From contig NC_068985.1 in the NCBI RefSeq assembly GCF_001194135.2, forward strand, positions 34,648,740-34,683,390: a stretch of DNA of 34,651 nt. Direction: 5' to 3'. Shown in pieces: positions 34,300 through 34,651 of the stretch. The notes beneath the pieces are model-generated. The model was not told the DNA's origin and did no database searches. It saw nothing but the letters and a program-made list of their open reading frames with translations. Numbering within the stretch: the stretch's first letter is position 1; each line of letters begins with the position of its first letter. Source of the DNA: Octopus bimaculoides. Its lineage: Eukaryota. The position numbers and the translations under genes were made by a program.

Positions 34300-34651
34300 G
34301 CTCAGGTACACGACACTGCTTTTCCCCTTCCCAGGCTACAGGCCCACACCCCCAACACCCATACTGTTAGGATTGGCACTCTCAACGTCGGTACGCTGAA
34401 AGGTAGATCTGGTGAAATTGTTGAGATGCTTGAACGGAGATGCGTAGATATGTGCTGCATCCAGGAAGTAAGATGGAGAGGAGGTTCTGCAAGGTTCCTC
34501 ACAGGCAAAGAACACAGGTACAAGATTTTCTGGGCAGGGAACACTGACGGGGTCGGGGGCGTAGGAATACTTCTAGCGGAGAAATGGGTGGATAAGGTAA
34601 TCGAGGTCGTTAGAGTAAGTGACAGAGTACTTAAGATCAGACTAGTGCTTC
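34300..34651 (+). mobile_element. RTE-clade LINE apurinic-like endonuclease (APE) domain, open frame running off the window
   Basis: Stop-free frame VRIGTLNVGTLKGRSGEIVEMLERRCVDMCCIQEVRWRG...FWAGNTDGVGGVGILLAEKWVDKVIEVVRVSDRVLKIRLVL (NV-x and QE motifs of APE). Confidence 0.92.

Noticed and set aside
1-34651. CRISPR arrays, rRNA, operons or prokaryotic defence systems
   Set aside because: No regularly spaced repeat-spacer array or prokaryote-like gene density; the sequence is eukaryotic

Overview
AT-rich, repeat-dense animal genomic DNA with four N gaps. The SINE/LINE families and the (TA)n/(TATG)n microsatellite load look like an octopod cephalopod (Octopus); this is pattern recognition, not a database search. 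No intact cellular gene is recognisable. Most of the window is decayed mobile DNA: several Penelope-like element (PLE) fragments (RT and GIY-YIG), RTE, CR1/Jockey-group and RLE-type (R4/Dong-like) LINE fragments, a deleted mariner transposase, a possible Merlin fragment, MITEs and many tRNA-derived SINEs, several with clear target-site duplications. Unique sequence includes a locally triplicated ~1 kb module carrying a conserved 42-nt AG/GT-bounded micro-exon, and a few candidate small exons at 17.6-20.1 kb. The most interesting signals are three PLE-associated minimal hammerhead ribozymes (one pair shows a compensatory base-pair change), a CCAAT/TATA/Inr promoter plus short-ORF cassette directly upstream of one hammerhead, a 26-bp templated insertion into a SINE, and an inverted SINE pair around a candidate exon. 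Boundaries of decayed elements are approximate.
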